Source: Alphaproteobacteria bacterium
GTDB taxonomy: Bacteria > Pseudomonadota > Alphaproteobacteria > Rickettsiales > JABSSG01
Length of the DNA stretch: 64,000 nucleotides
Reading direction: 5' to 3'
Assembly: GCA_030431375.1 (NCBI GenBank)
Contig: JAUIIY010000001.1
Span: forward strand, 183,280 to 247,279
In this document: one piece after another, positions 28,743-37,934 of the stretch
Position numbering within the stretch: position 1 is the first letter of the stretch
How the letters are laid out: the number at the start of each line of letters is the position of its first letter
Notes under the pieces: generated by a model
Databases searched by the model: none
What the model was told of the DNA's origin: nothing
The model's input: the letters and a program-made list of their open reading frames with translations, nothing else
Program-made: the position numbers and the translations under genes

Positions 28743-28985
28743 TTATTGCAGATTTTAGCCTTACGCAACTGTCCAGTTTTTTGGTACCACTTCAGATAGA
28801 ACACACCGATCATTTTACTAATAACACCCTCCAAAAATTATGCAACTCTTATTGATGTTGCCATACCAGCTATATATTTGGAAGAATTATGCAATATATT
28901 GATCCTGAAGATCCAGAATGCCTATAAGAAAGTTTCCATGGAAAGTTTAGAGATGAGTGTTTAATTCAATATTGGTTTAGCATTC
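28743..28985. mobile_element. IS debris: solo IS3-type terminal repeat plus a second orfB fragment
   Basis: 28743-28789 (attgcagattttagcc..ctgtccagttttttggtacca) resembles the preceding IS right end. 28928-28981 translates to ESFHGKFRDECLIQYWFS, a conserved IS3 OrfB C-terminal block. Confidence 0.5.
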
Positions 28986-29161
28986 ACCTGCCACTAAAAC
29001 AACAAATGTTAGTGAAACTGAGTATATAAATTTATCAATTATCACTCAGGCGCCGTTAAGGCTTTTTGGACAAAATTTGAATTCTTTAAGTTAATAAAAG
29101 AATGAATTTTTAATGAGTGAGTAGCTACGCTCCTCTAGGTAGAATTACTAGTAACTCTACT

Positions 29162-29732
29162 CACACCATACGCACGGGATTTCCTCTAGCTTCTAATCTT
29201 TATGGAGTATGATTTATACTGTATCCGTTAGCTGTACGGATATTTCACTCAGTACTATACGGACCAATACCGTATTTGGAGTGTAAGTCTTATTTACACT
29301 GAGTTTAGTTATCCGTATATCTACCGCCCACTAGCCCCAACAATTTGAACAATGCTTACTTTAATATTTTTTATATCAAGATCTGCCCTCTAAAAAATAC
29401 AAAGGCTTTGTTATATACAAATCTTGCTTCAAAGTAACCAGACCAATCATGCTTCTTTATTAAAAGTATTATAGCAAACCTAGATATTTTTATTACACAG
29501 CTTTAAAAGAATTATTTATGACATAAGACTGTAAAAACTTTACCCCTATAAGAAAATAGAAGTTTTTGTATTACATTGTATATATGTTCAGAAGTTTTAT
29601 CAGCTCTTATTTACATTGTGTCGTATATCATTGTATATACAAAACGTGCTTACACGTATTGCAGTGTATATACAAACCTGAGCCCTTTCTCCACCTAGAA
29701 TACAGCAAAAGTAATCCCGTGCGTATGGTGTG
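29162..29732. repeat. 20-bp perfect inverted repeats bounding a 571-bp AT-rich non-coding segment
   Basis: cacaccatacgcacgggatt (29162-29181) is the exact reverse complement of aatcccgtgcgtatggtgtg (29713-29732). Confidence 0.8.
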
Positions 29733-30690
29733 CGCGTGCGTGCGTGCGACCCGTAGGGCCGCTATTCATCGTTGCAGGAATTGCAGACTTTATGAGGTCC
29801 AAACTTATAGGGTTAAGAGAAGGAGAGACATGAGAACCTAGGTTCTCATGGAAAGAGTTCTAAATTGCAATAGATGCAACCCGGTATTCTACTGCCGGTA
29901 TGCTACCTGAGCATGCGAGGTTAGTAACAGTCTGGTATGGAGCCTCAGGAAGAATGTAACCTGAGACTCTTAAGAGTCTGGAGCGCGAGCCGTGAGGTAA
30001 GTGCAACTCTACAAGCATTGTGCGAACAAGGTGCTAGCATAAGTGGTATGGCAAATGTAAGTGAATCTTCGTATAACGTACCGTGACATTGATTGCTTGT
30101 AACCCCTGTTACTTCCTGGACTAAAAAATGTTTATTACCACTTTGTTAAATACCAAACCTTTATAATTTTCTCCCACACAAATTGAGCCTGACATTGATG
30201 TCAAAATATCCTTGGTTGTTCTTATATAAGCTACTATCTACATGGGTCTTGCTCCTTGAGCTACTTGTATTGCAACCAACTGACTATGGTTGTTTTTTAC
30301 AAAACCATTATACAGGCAAGACTCACCGCTTTTAACGTTTTTCAATACCTGAAGCAGGGACTTATTTTGATATATCCTATGAACTGGATGCTGTTATATA
30401 AAATCGTATATAATGTTCAAAAAAATAACAGTAATGTGTAGCTCTCAAATTAAAATCAAATATTTATCAAATTATACTTAACCAAAAATAATTCTAGCTC
30501 CTAAATATAATATAGTAATATCATTTAAATCTGACACCTGATGTTTTACCGCCTCAATCACACAGAGGTTTAAAAATTCCGAACTGCAAAAGCCAAAAAT
30601 TGTGCTACAAAAGCAACAAAGTTTCTGTAGAACATATGTAGAACGCACCCTTTTTCAAAAACCCCTCTTTCATTAAGACCCTTTACTATG

Positions 30691-30767
30691 GTGGCGCAAC
30701 CGGCAGGATTCGAACCTGCGACCCCAAGATTAGGAATCTTGTGCTCTATCCTGCTGAGCTACGGCTG
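30691..30767 (-). tRNA. tRNA-Arg (anticodon CCT)
   Basis: Minus-strand 77 nt: GCAGCCG-TA-GCTC..GAGC-A-CAAGA-TTCCTAA-TCTTG-GGGTC-GCAGG-TTCGAAT-CCTGC-CGGTTGC-G-CCA. The cloverleaf folds by hand and CCA is encoded. Confidence 0.9.
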
Positions 30768-30893
30768 CATTTTTCAAAATTTTATCACCACACATATTTG
30801 TAGTTCTGACAACCATTAAAGGTTTAATACAAAAGACATAAAAATTCAAAGATTTTTCAAAATAAATATCCCTTGAGAAATAACTATCGACTT

Positions 30894-32903
30894 TTACAAA
30901 TCATAATGAGTCGAGATATTGTTTTTCAAGTTGAGATATTGTTTTTCAAGCTTATTGATTTTATCTCTTAGTTTAGCAGCCTTTTCAAATTCTAAATTTT
31001 CTGCATTTGCTAACATTTCTTTTTTCATAGCCTCAATTTGCTTTTTAAAACCTTTCTCACTATCAAAATGCGCGATCTCTTCATTTAACGCTTGTGTTTT
31101 TTTATCCTCAACATAAATAACATTCCCCAATGCTTTTTTTACTGATTGAGGCGTAATATTATGTTCTTTGTTGTAATTCTGCTGAATCGCTCTTCTTCTT
31201 TCTGTCTCTTCAATGGCTCGCCTCAGAGAATTTGTCATATTATCTGCATATAACAAGACCAAACCATCAACATTTCTAGCAGCTCTACCAATAGTTTGAA
31301 TCAAAGCGCTTTCTGAACGCAAAAACCCTTCCTTATCCGCATCGAGAATTGCAACTAAGGCACATTCAGGTATATCAAGCCCCTCTCTTAACAGGTTAAT
31401 ACCGACTAGAACATCAATCTCACCTTTCCTCAGATCTTGGATAATTTCTACTCTCTCAAGTGTATTGATTTCTGAATGCAAATAAGAAACCTTTATGCCA
31501 AGCTCCTGCAAATAATCAGTCAAACCCTCTGCCATTTTCTTTGTTAAAGTAGTAACAAGAACCCTACCATTTTTGGCAACGACTTTTTTGATTTCACCAA
31601 ACAGATCATCCACCTGATTTGCAACTGGCCTAATTTCGCATATTGGATCCACCAAACCTGTTGGTCGGATAATTTGCTCAATTACCTCTCCTTGAGTTCG
31701 CTCAAGCTCATACGGGCCTGGTGTAGCGGACACATATAAGGTCTGGGGCTTCATTTCCACCCATTCATCAAATTTCAAAGGCCTATTGTCCAAGGCTGAA
31801 GGTAAACGAAAACCATATTCAACAAGCGTTGACTTCCTTGCCCTATCCCCATTATACATCCCTCTTATTTGCGGGACTGTTACATGGCTCTCATCGATGA
31901 ACAGCAAAGCATCCTTCGGAAGATATTCGAACAAAGTAGGAGGCGGCTCACCTGCCTTGCGCCCCGAGAGATAACGCGAATAATTCTCTATTCCTTTACA
32001 CATCCCAGACTCAACTAGCATCTCAACATCATATTCTGTCCTCTGACGCAGACGTTGCTCTTCCAGCAAAAAATTATTTTCCTGGAAATACTTTAACCTA
32101 TCTTTGAGGTCTATTTTTATCTGCTTTATAGATTGCTCTAATGTTGGCTTAGGTATGACAAAGTGACTATTAGCATAAATAACTGCTTCCTCCAACTCAC
32201 CTTTCTTCTCTCCGGTTAAAGAGTCAAACTCAAGAATTCTATCAACCTCATCACCAAACAGCTCTATTTTCCAACCCTCGTCAGAATAATGAGACGGGAA
32301 AATATCTATAGTATCTCCCCTCACTCTAAAATGTCCCCGACTAAAATCAATATCGTTTCGTTCATATTGCAGATCAACTAATTGCTTTAAAATATGATTA
32401 CGATTTATTTGACTCCCCTTCTTGATTCTTAGAACCATAGAAGAATATAATTCTGGTGATCCAAGGCCGTATATACAAGAAACAGAAGACACAATCACAA
32501 CATCTCGCCTTTCCAGCAAGGAACGTGTTGCCGAGTGACGCATTAAATCGATTTGCTCGTTTATTGAAGAATCTTTTTCAATATAAATATCAGTTCGAGG
32601 TATATATGCTTCCGGTTGGTAATAATCATAATATGAAACAAAATACTCAACTGCATTATTAGGAAAAAACTCTTTCATTTCCGAGTATAATTGCGCCGCC
32701 AGTGTTTTATTATGCGCCATTATTAAAGTTGGACGATTCAGTCTTTCTATAACATTTGCCATTGTATAGGTCTTACCCGAACCCGTCACCCCAAGAAGCA
32801 CCTGCTCCTGCTCACCACTGGAAAATGCTTGAACAAGGCTCTCAATCGCTTTTGGCTGATCCCCAGAAGGTTTATATTCTGAGACTACTTTTAAATCTGG
32901 CAT
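30894..32903 (-). CDS. uvrB: Excinuclease ABC subunit B
   Basis: 669 aa; GVTGSGKT Walker A, helicase motifs and a C-terminal UVR domain ([13 protein letters not shown]). Confidence 0.95.
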   Translation of the reverse strand: MPDLKVVSEYKPSGDQPKAIESLVQAFSSGEQEQVLLGVTGSGKTYTMANVIERLNRPTLIMAHNKTLAAQLYSEMKEFFPNNAVEYFVSYYDYYQPEAYIPRTDIYIEKDSSINEQIDLMRHSATRSLLERRDVVIVSSVSCIYGLGSPELYSSMVLRIKKGSQINRNHILKQLVDLQYERNDIDFSRGHFRVRGDTIDIFPSHYSDEGWKIELFGDEVDRILEFDSLTGEKKGELEEAVIYANSHFVIPKPTLEQSIKQIKIDLKDRLKYFQENNFLLEEQRLRQRTEYDVEMLVESGMCKGIENYSRYLSGRKAGEPPPTLFEYLPKDALLFIDESHVTVPQIRGMYNGDRARKSTLVEYGFRLPSALDNRPLKFDEWVEMKPQTLYVSATPGPYELERTQGEVIEQIIRPTGLVDPICEIRPVANQVDDLFGEIKKVVAKNGRVLVTTLTKKMAEGLTDYLQELGIKVSYLHSEINTLERVEIIQDLRKGEIDVLVGINLLREGLDIPECALVAILDADKEGFLRSESALIQTIGRAARNVDGLVLLYADNMTNSLRRAIEETERRRAIQQNYNKEHNITPQSVKKALGNVIYVEDKKTQALNEEIAHFDSEKGFKKQIEAMKKEMLANAENLEFEKAAKLRDKINKLEKQYLNLKNNISTHYDL

Positions 32904-32990
32904 ATTTGGCTATTAATCTAAATAAATTATACATATAACATATTTACGAAATATTTTCATCCTGATATAAAAAAACAAAAAGGTTCAAAA

Positions 32991-33248
32991 ATGGCTAAAG
33001 TTGAGATTTATACAAAAAACACATGCTCCTATTGCTTCAGAGCGTTGGCTTTATTGAAAGACAAGAAAATCAACTTTACCCATATTGAGGTAGGCGATGA
33101 TCCCGTCGAAAGAGCAAGCCTAAAAGAAAAAGCTAATGGACGCACTACAGTTCCTCAGATTTTCATAAATGATGAAGGCATTGGCGGATGCGATGATTTA
33201 TTCACATTAAATGAGTCAGGCGAATTAGACAAACTCCTCAAGGCTTAA
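32991..33248 (+). CDS. grxC: Glutaredoxin 3
   Basis: 85 aa; CSYC active site, TVPQIFI, GGCDDL. Confidence 0.85.
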   Translation: MAKVEIYTKNTCSYCFRALALLKDKKINFTHIEVGDDPVERASLKEKANGRTTVPQIFINDEGIGGCDDLFTLNESGELDKLLKA

Positions 33249-33906
33249 AGATTGCAGATCCAATTCTGATTTGCGTTGAACCACATTCTATAGCCTCAAC
33301 GTAATCAGAACTCATACCCATGCTCAAATTTTTTAAGCCACATTTTTTTGACAGGCTTTTTAAACGCATAAAATATGGAAACGGCTTTTCCCCTCTGGGA
33401 GGGATACACATTAAACCCGTAACCTTCAATTGCAGGTCATTCTTACAAAATTTAACAAATTCTTCTAACCTTTCCATCTCAACACCTGATTTTTGTTGTT
33501 CACGACCGATATTCACTTGGACATAAAACTCTCTCTGCAAACCCAGCTTTGTTTGCTCATCGGCAATTTTTAATGCTAATTTTTCACGATCCAATGTTTC
33601 TATCACATCAAATAGTTTCAATGCCTCGTTAACCTTATTAGTTTGCAAAGGGCCAATTAAATGCAAATTGCATCCCTTTTTATCACTCCATTTTTCAACA
33701 GCCTCTTGAACCCTATTTTCTCCAAATAATCTATGACCAAAATCTATAAGTTGATCAATAACAGCAACTGGCTGATTTTTTGTAACTACTAAGATGGCAG
33801 GTTTTATATTTTCATACAAAAACTCAGTCACTTGGTCGATTGACTTACTACAAAGAAAATCAACTGCAGATAATATTTGCTCAAAGCGTTTTTGAACAAG
33901 AGACAT
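33238..33906 (-). CDS. YggS-family pyridoxal-phosphate homeostasis protein
   Basis: Ala-racemase-N fold motifs: VTKNQP, FGENRVQE, HLIGPLQTNK, LSMGMSSDYVEAIECGSTQIRIGSAIF. Start taken at the internal MSLVQK. Confidence 0.8.
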   Translation of the reverse strand: MSLVQKRFEQILSAVDFLCSKSIDQVTEFLYENIKPAILVVTKNQPVAVIDQLIDFGHRLFGENRVQEAVEKWSDKKGCNLHLIGPLQTNKVNEALKLFDVIETLDREKLALKIADEQTKLGLQREFYVQVNIGREQQKSGVEMERLEEFVKFCKNDLQLKVTGLMCIPPRGEKPFPYFMRLKSLSKKCGLKNLSMGMSSDYVEAIECGSTQIRIGSAIFKP

Positions 33907-34125
33907 GTGATTTAACCTCGCTAACAGTCCAGTTGTATAATTACAACATTCCCTTATAAATAGCATCAGCAAACAATATAATCAAGAAGCTAATCTTGCA
34001 CATAATAGCAATACGTATAAGACTAAGGGGCAAGATAACTTGTTTATCAAAGTGGTTAGGTCGAGCTTATTTATGTTAGATTTAATCAATATTTTTTAAC
34101 TTAATTAATATAGGGTTATATAGTT

Positions 34126-35574
34126 ATGAAAAATTTACTATTAACAACAACAGCTCTAGCTACACTTGCTGCAGGCGCTGCATTTGCTGGTGGAAACGGA
34201 GCTGCTGATAGTGGCCTAGAAATCAAGTTGGGTGGTGAATTAGACGCTCAAATGGGTTTCAGATCACAAAAGTCTGAATACACTCAAGCTACAGGCAAGG
34301 GTATTTATACAGCTAGAACAACTAGCGCCTCAGATTACGGCACTGAAACTTTCAAAAGAGGTGTTACCCCTGGTAATAACAGTGTTGGTTTAGACACAGT
34401 TGCTGCTGTTCACGCTACAATTAAAAATAAAACAGCTAGCGGCCTAGTATATGGTGCTAATGTTGGTGTTCAAACAACAACAAGAAGCACATCTTCTGCT
34501 GGTAAACATTTAACAGACAGAACATATTTATTCATGGAAAATGACATGGGTAGAGTTGAGCTAGGTACAAATGAGTCTGCAGCTAATGCAATGAGACTTG
34601 GTGGTGACAGAGTTGCTCGCGCTACAGGTGGTATTGACGGCGACTGGAATAAATATGTTGCCTTAGATACTTTTGGCGCAACAACTGGTGCTAATGCTTT
34701 CCAATTTACAAAAGTTAGAGCTGCAAACTTCATTACAAGCCCAGGCTTAGTTCTTGAAGGTGTTGAAGCTGGTGGTTCTCCAGTGAACACATTTTTAGCT
34801 GGTGATGAAAAATCTAGAAAAATCACATATTACACACCAGAATTTAATGGTTTCCAAGCTGGTTTATCTTACATTCCTGATACAAGAAACTCAGGTCAAG
34901 ATCAAATTGATCAATTAGGCGTTTATATGTCTGATGCTTCTGCGAGCTATGGTCAATACTACAATGTAACAGTTAAAAACGCACTTTCTGGTGGTTTAAG
35001 CTGGCACGGTACAATTGATAAAATGCACAATGTAGAAGTTTCATTAGTTGGTGAATCTGGTAAAACAGTTGCTCCAGGAACATTCCCTGCTTCTTATGGC
35101 GCATACAACAATGTTTCTGCATATGCACTAGGTGCTAAATGGAACTATAAAGAATTTGCTTTAGCAGCTTCTTATGGTCACACAGGTAAGAGTCTTGTTA
35201 ACAAAACTGATACCAATGGTACCGCTGATAAAAATAGCTTCAAAGATGGTAAATACTGGACATTAGGTGCTGGTTGGGCACAAGGTCCTTGGGGTGCTTC
35301 TGTAACTTACATGAGCAGTGAGAAAAACAAAAATAAGTTTAGCTTAGTTTCTCTAGGTGCTGATTATGAATTAGCTCCAGGTTTAATGCCATATGCTGAA
35401 GTTTCTATGTTCAACATGAAACAAAAAAATGACTACTGGTCTCCACTTGTTAGCAGATCAGATGTTACAACAACAGCTGGTGATACAGTAGCTGCTGCTG
35501 GTGGTAACTATACAAACACAAATTACAAGAATAAAGGCACAGCTCTTATTCTTGGTACAAAAATCAACTTCTAA
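34126..35574 (+). CDS. Outer-membrane porin (paralog 1)
   Basis: 482 aa; signal peptide, alternating beta-strand pattern, C-terminal ...GTALILGTKINF with terminal Phe. Confidence 0.75.
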   Translation: MKNLLLTTTALATLAAGAAFAGGNGAADSGLEIKLGGELDAQMGFRSQKSEYTQATGKGIYTARTTSASDYGTETFKRGVTPGNNSVGLDTVAAVHATIKNKTASGLVYGANVGVQTTTRSTSSAGKHLTDRTYLFMENDMGRVELGTNESAANAMRLGGDRVARATGGIDGDWNKYVALDTFGATTGANAFQFTKVRAANFITSPGLVLEGVEAGGSPVNTFLAGDEKSRKITYYTPEFNGFQAGLSYIPDTRNSGQDQIDQLGVYMSDASASYGQYYNVTVKNALSGGLSWHGTIDKMHNVEVSLVGESGKTVAPGTFPASYGAYNNVSAYALGAKWNYKEFALAASYGHTGKSLVNKTDTNGTADKNSFKDGKYWTLGAGWAQGPWGASVTYMSSEKNKNKFSLVSLGADYELAPGLMPYAEVSMFNMKQKNDYWSPLVSRSDVTTTAGDTVAAAGGNYTNTNYKNKGTALILGTKINF

Positions 35575-35599
35575 TTGATTTAGAAGAAGAATTTTCAAA

Positions 35600-35630
35600 G
35601 GTAGTTGGGTTTTCCCAACTACCTTTTTTT
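35600..35630 (+). terminator. Rho-independent terminator
   Basis: ggtagttggg-tttt-cccaactacc (10-bp perfect stem) followed by T7. Confidence 0.7.
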
Positions 35631-35751
35631 GTTGCAAAAATAATACGTAATCTCAAAATATCATCCTCTCAATATTCGCAAAAAACTAATTGCTAGCTGA
35701 ATAAAACCAATTTTAATAACATTTCAATATTAAGGTTTTATTAATGGGGTT

Positions 35752-37242
35752 TTGATGCGGATAATTTTTTTAACAACTGCACTTTCTAGTTTAATTTTTC
35801 ATTCTGCTTATGCTGATGGAATGCCAGAAACAAAAGATGGCTTAGAAATAAAAATTGGTGGTGAATTTGATGCCCAAGCAGGATTTAGAAGTCAAAAAGA
35901 CGAATATGTAAAGGCGACCTCAACGGGTATGTATGTGACAGCACTAAGCACTGGATATACAACTGCCTCATTAAACGTATTCAAAAGAGGTGTTACTCCA
36001 GGCAACAACTCAGTTGGTATTAACACAAGCTCTTTACTTCATCTAAACGTAAAAAATAAAACACACGATGGTTTAACTTTTGGTGCCAATATCGGTATAG
36101 ACGCCACCACAAGATCGACCTCTTCTAAAACGAAAGAGCTCCTAGATAGAAGTTACATTTATATGGAAAGCGATATTGGTAGATTAGAATTTGGTTCTAA
36201 TGAATCTGCAGCCAGCGCAATGAGGCTGGGAGCTGACCGAATAGCTAGAGCCACTGGAGGCGTTGATGGTGACTGGGATAATTATGTAGTTTTAGATACA
36301 TTTAACACCACAGGAATTCCAGGAAACAATCAATATGATAAACCAAAGATACGTTCTAGTAACTTCATTATGACTCCAGGTCTTCTTCTAGAAAATATCG
36401 CTAATTCTGGATTACCTACAAATATGACTACTGCTGGCAATGAAAAATCCAGGAAATTAACCTTCTTCACTCCTGAATATAATGGCTTCCAAGCAGGAAT
36501 TTCATTTATACCAGATACTCGTAATACAGCAAACACTAACTTTGAAATGCTTGGCGTATTCATGAGTTCCGAAAACGCATCCTATGGACAATATTATGGC
36601 CCATCAGTAAAAAATGCTGTTTCTGGTGGTGTTAGCTGGGAAGGTAATATTGATAAGAATCAAAGCATAAAAATTTCACTAGTTGGTGAAGCCGGCAAGG
36701 CTTCGGCACCGGGTCCTTTATCTCCTGAGTTGAGTGACTTTAACAATGTAAAAGATTATGTTCTTGGAGCACAATGGAATTATCAAGAGTTTAGTTTTGC
36801 TACATCCTATGGTTATCAAGGAAAAAGTCTTGTTAATAAAAGGGCGACTAACGGACAGACATATAATATAGATGGAGTAGCAAATACAAATCAAAAATTT
36901 GCGAGTGCTAAATTCTGGACTTTTGGTGGCGCATGGAATAGAGAAAAATGGGGTATTTCTTTAACCTATATGGGTAGTAGAAAAAATTCTAACAAATTCA
37001 GTCTATTATCTCTTGGTGCTGATTATGAAATCGCTCCTGGTTTGATGCCATATGCTGAGATATCAACTTTCAAGATGACACAAAAAAATGATTATTGGGA
37101 TCCTCTAGCAAGTAGAAGTGCTCTTACTACTACGGCAGTAAATAGTACAAGCAAAGTGAATAGTACTGGTGGTAACTACGCCAATGATAATTACAAAAAT
37201 AAAGGTACCGCACTTATTTTAGGTATGAAAATTAATTTCTAG
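35752..37242 (+). CDS. Outer-membrane porin (paralog 2)
   Basis: 496 aa, collinear with paralog 1 (GLEIKIGGEFDAQAGFRSQK..., ...NYKNKGTALILGMKINF). Confidence 0.75.
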   Translation: MMRIIFLTTALSSLIFHSAYADGMPETKDGLEIKIGGEFDAQAGFRSQKDEYVKATSTGMYVTALSTGYTTASLNVFKRGVTPGNNSVGINTSSLLHLNVKNKTHDGLTFGANIGIDATTRSTSSKTKELLDRSYIYMESDIGRLEFGSNESAASAMRLGADRIARATGGVDGDWDNYVVLDTFNTTGIPGNNQYDKPKIRSSNFIMTPGLLLENIANSGLPTNMTTAGNEKSRKLTFFTPEYNGFQAGISFIPDTRNTANTNFEMLGVFMSSENASYGQYYGPSVKNAVSGGVSWEGNIDKNQSIKISLVGEAGKASAPGPLSPELSDFNNVKDYVLGAQWNYQEFSFATSYGYQGKSLVNKRATNGQTYNIDGVANTNQKFASAKFWTFGGAWNREKWGISLTYMGSRKNSNKFSLLSLGADYEIAPGLMPYAEISTFKMTQKNDYWDPLASRSALTTTAVNSTSKVNSTGGNYANDNYKNKGTALILGMKINF

Positions 37243-37264
37243 TTATTTGGCAAAAATATTTTAA

Positions 37265-37294
37265 GGTAGTTGGGTTACCTCAACTACCTTTTTT
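37265..37294 (+). terminator. Rho-independent terminator (paralogous to 35600-35630)
   Basis: ggtagttg-ggttacct-caactacc followed by a T-run. Confidence 0.65.
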
Positions 37295-37389
37295 ATTAAC
37301 ATCATCATCTTGATTTTTCATTGTAAAACTGGCTAAGTTATTGTAAGTTACCGGATAGTTAACTATTCAATAAACAAAAAATATCTCAT

Positions 37390-37932
37390 ATGAAAAAAAT
37401 TATTTTATTTGCTTCCATCAGCTTATTAAGTGCTGCAAGCTTTGCAACATCTGGTGATGACACAAAATACCCGCAATCTGCCTCAAGAGATCGTTGGAAT
37501 AAAATGGGTTCTGTGCTTGGCGACGACGGTGGGATTGATCTTTTGGGAGGTAAAAAGAAATCTTCTGATAGTTGGCTTTTTGGTGGCTCAGATAAAAAAG
37601 GAAAGAGCATAATGACTGTGAACCCATTTTTATGGCAAGCTTCTTTAGATGTTGTTTCTTTTATGCCTATCAGAAATAGTGACCCTGTAGGTGGGGTGAT
37701 CTCAACTGATTGGCATGAAGATCCAGAATATCCAGGTGAGAGATACATAATAAATATCGTTATCAAATCAAGTGAACTAAATATAAATAATATTAAAGTT
37801 ACTGTTTTTAAGCAGAAATTAGAAAATAATGTTTGGAGAGCTGTAAAAGCAAGTAAGGAAATTGCTCAAGATCTTGAAGAGAAAATCTTGACTAAAGCCC
37901 GTCAATTAAACATCGAAAGCAAACGCAAATAA
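37390..37932 (+). CDS. DUF3576-like secreted protein
   Basis: 180 aa; signal peptide; [31 protein letters not shown]. The position upstream of leuS is typical in Alphaproteobacteria. Confidence 0.65.
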   Translation: MKKIILFASISLLSAASFATSGDDTKYPQSASRDRWNKMGSVLGDDGGIDLLGGKKKSSDSWLFGGSDKKGKSIMTVNPFLWQASLDVVSFMPIRNSDPVGGVISTDWHEDPEYPGERYIINIVIKSSELNINNIKVTVFKQKLENNVWRAVKASKEIAQDLEEKILTKARQLNIESKRK

Positions 37933-37934
37933 AC

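Larger units (their letters stand above)
13268..30736. mobile_element. tRNA-Arg-integrated genomic island (~17.5 kb)
   Basis: 46-bp perfect direct repeats at both ends, an integrase just inside the distal repeat, IS remnants, and non-housekeeping cargo between core genes (response regulator / uvrB). Confidence 0.75.

Noticed and set aside
28649-28855. 68-aa ORF spanning the IS3 right end
   Set aside because: It runs across the IS terminal inverted repeat and a second solo repeat. It is a by-product of IS debris, not a gene.
29566-29841. 91-aa ORF (MYYIVYMFRS...CACVRATRRAAIHRCRNCRLYEV)
   Set aside because: It crosses from the AT-rich iteron-like segment into the (GTGC)n/hairpin region, including one inverted-repeat arm. 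Its composition changes abruptly and no motif is present, so it is most likely non-coding.
30256-30441. 61-aa ORF in the tRNA-proximal non-coding part of the island
   Set aside because: No RBS, a hydrophobic low-complexity translation and no motif. It is treated as spurious.
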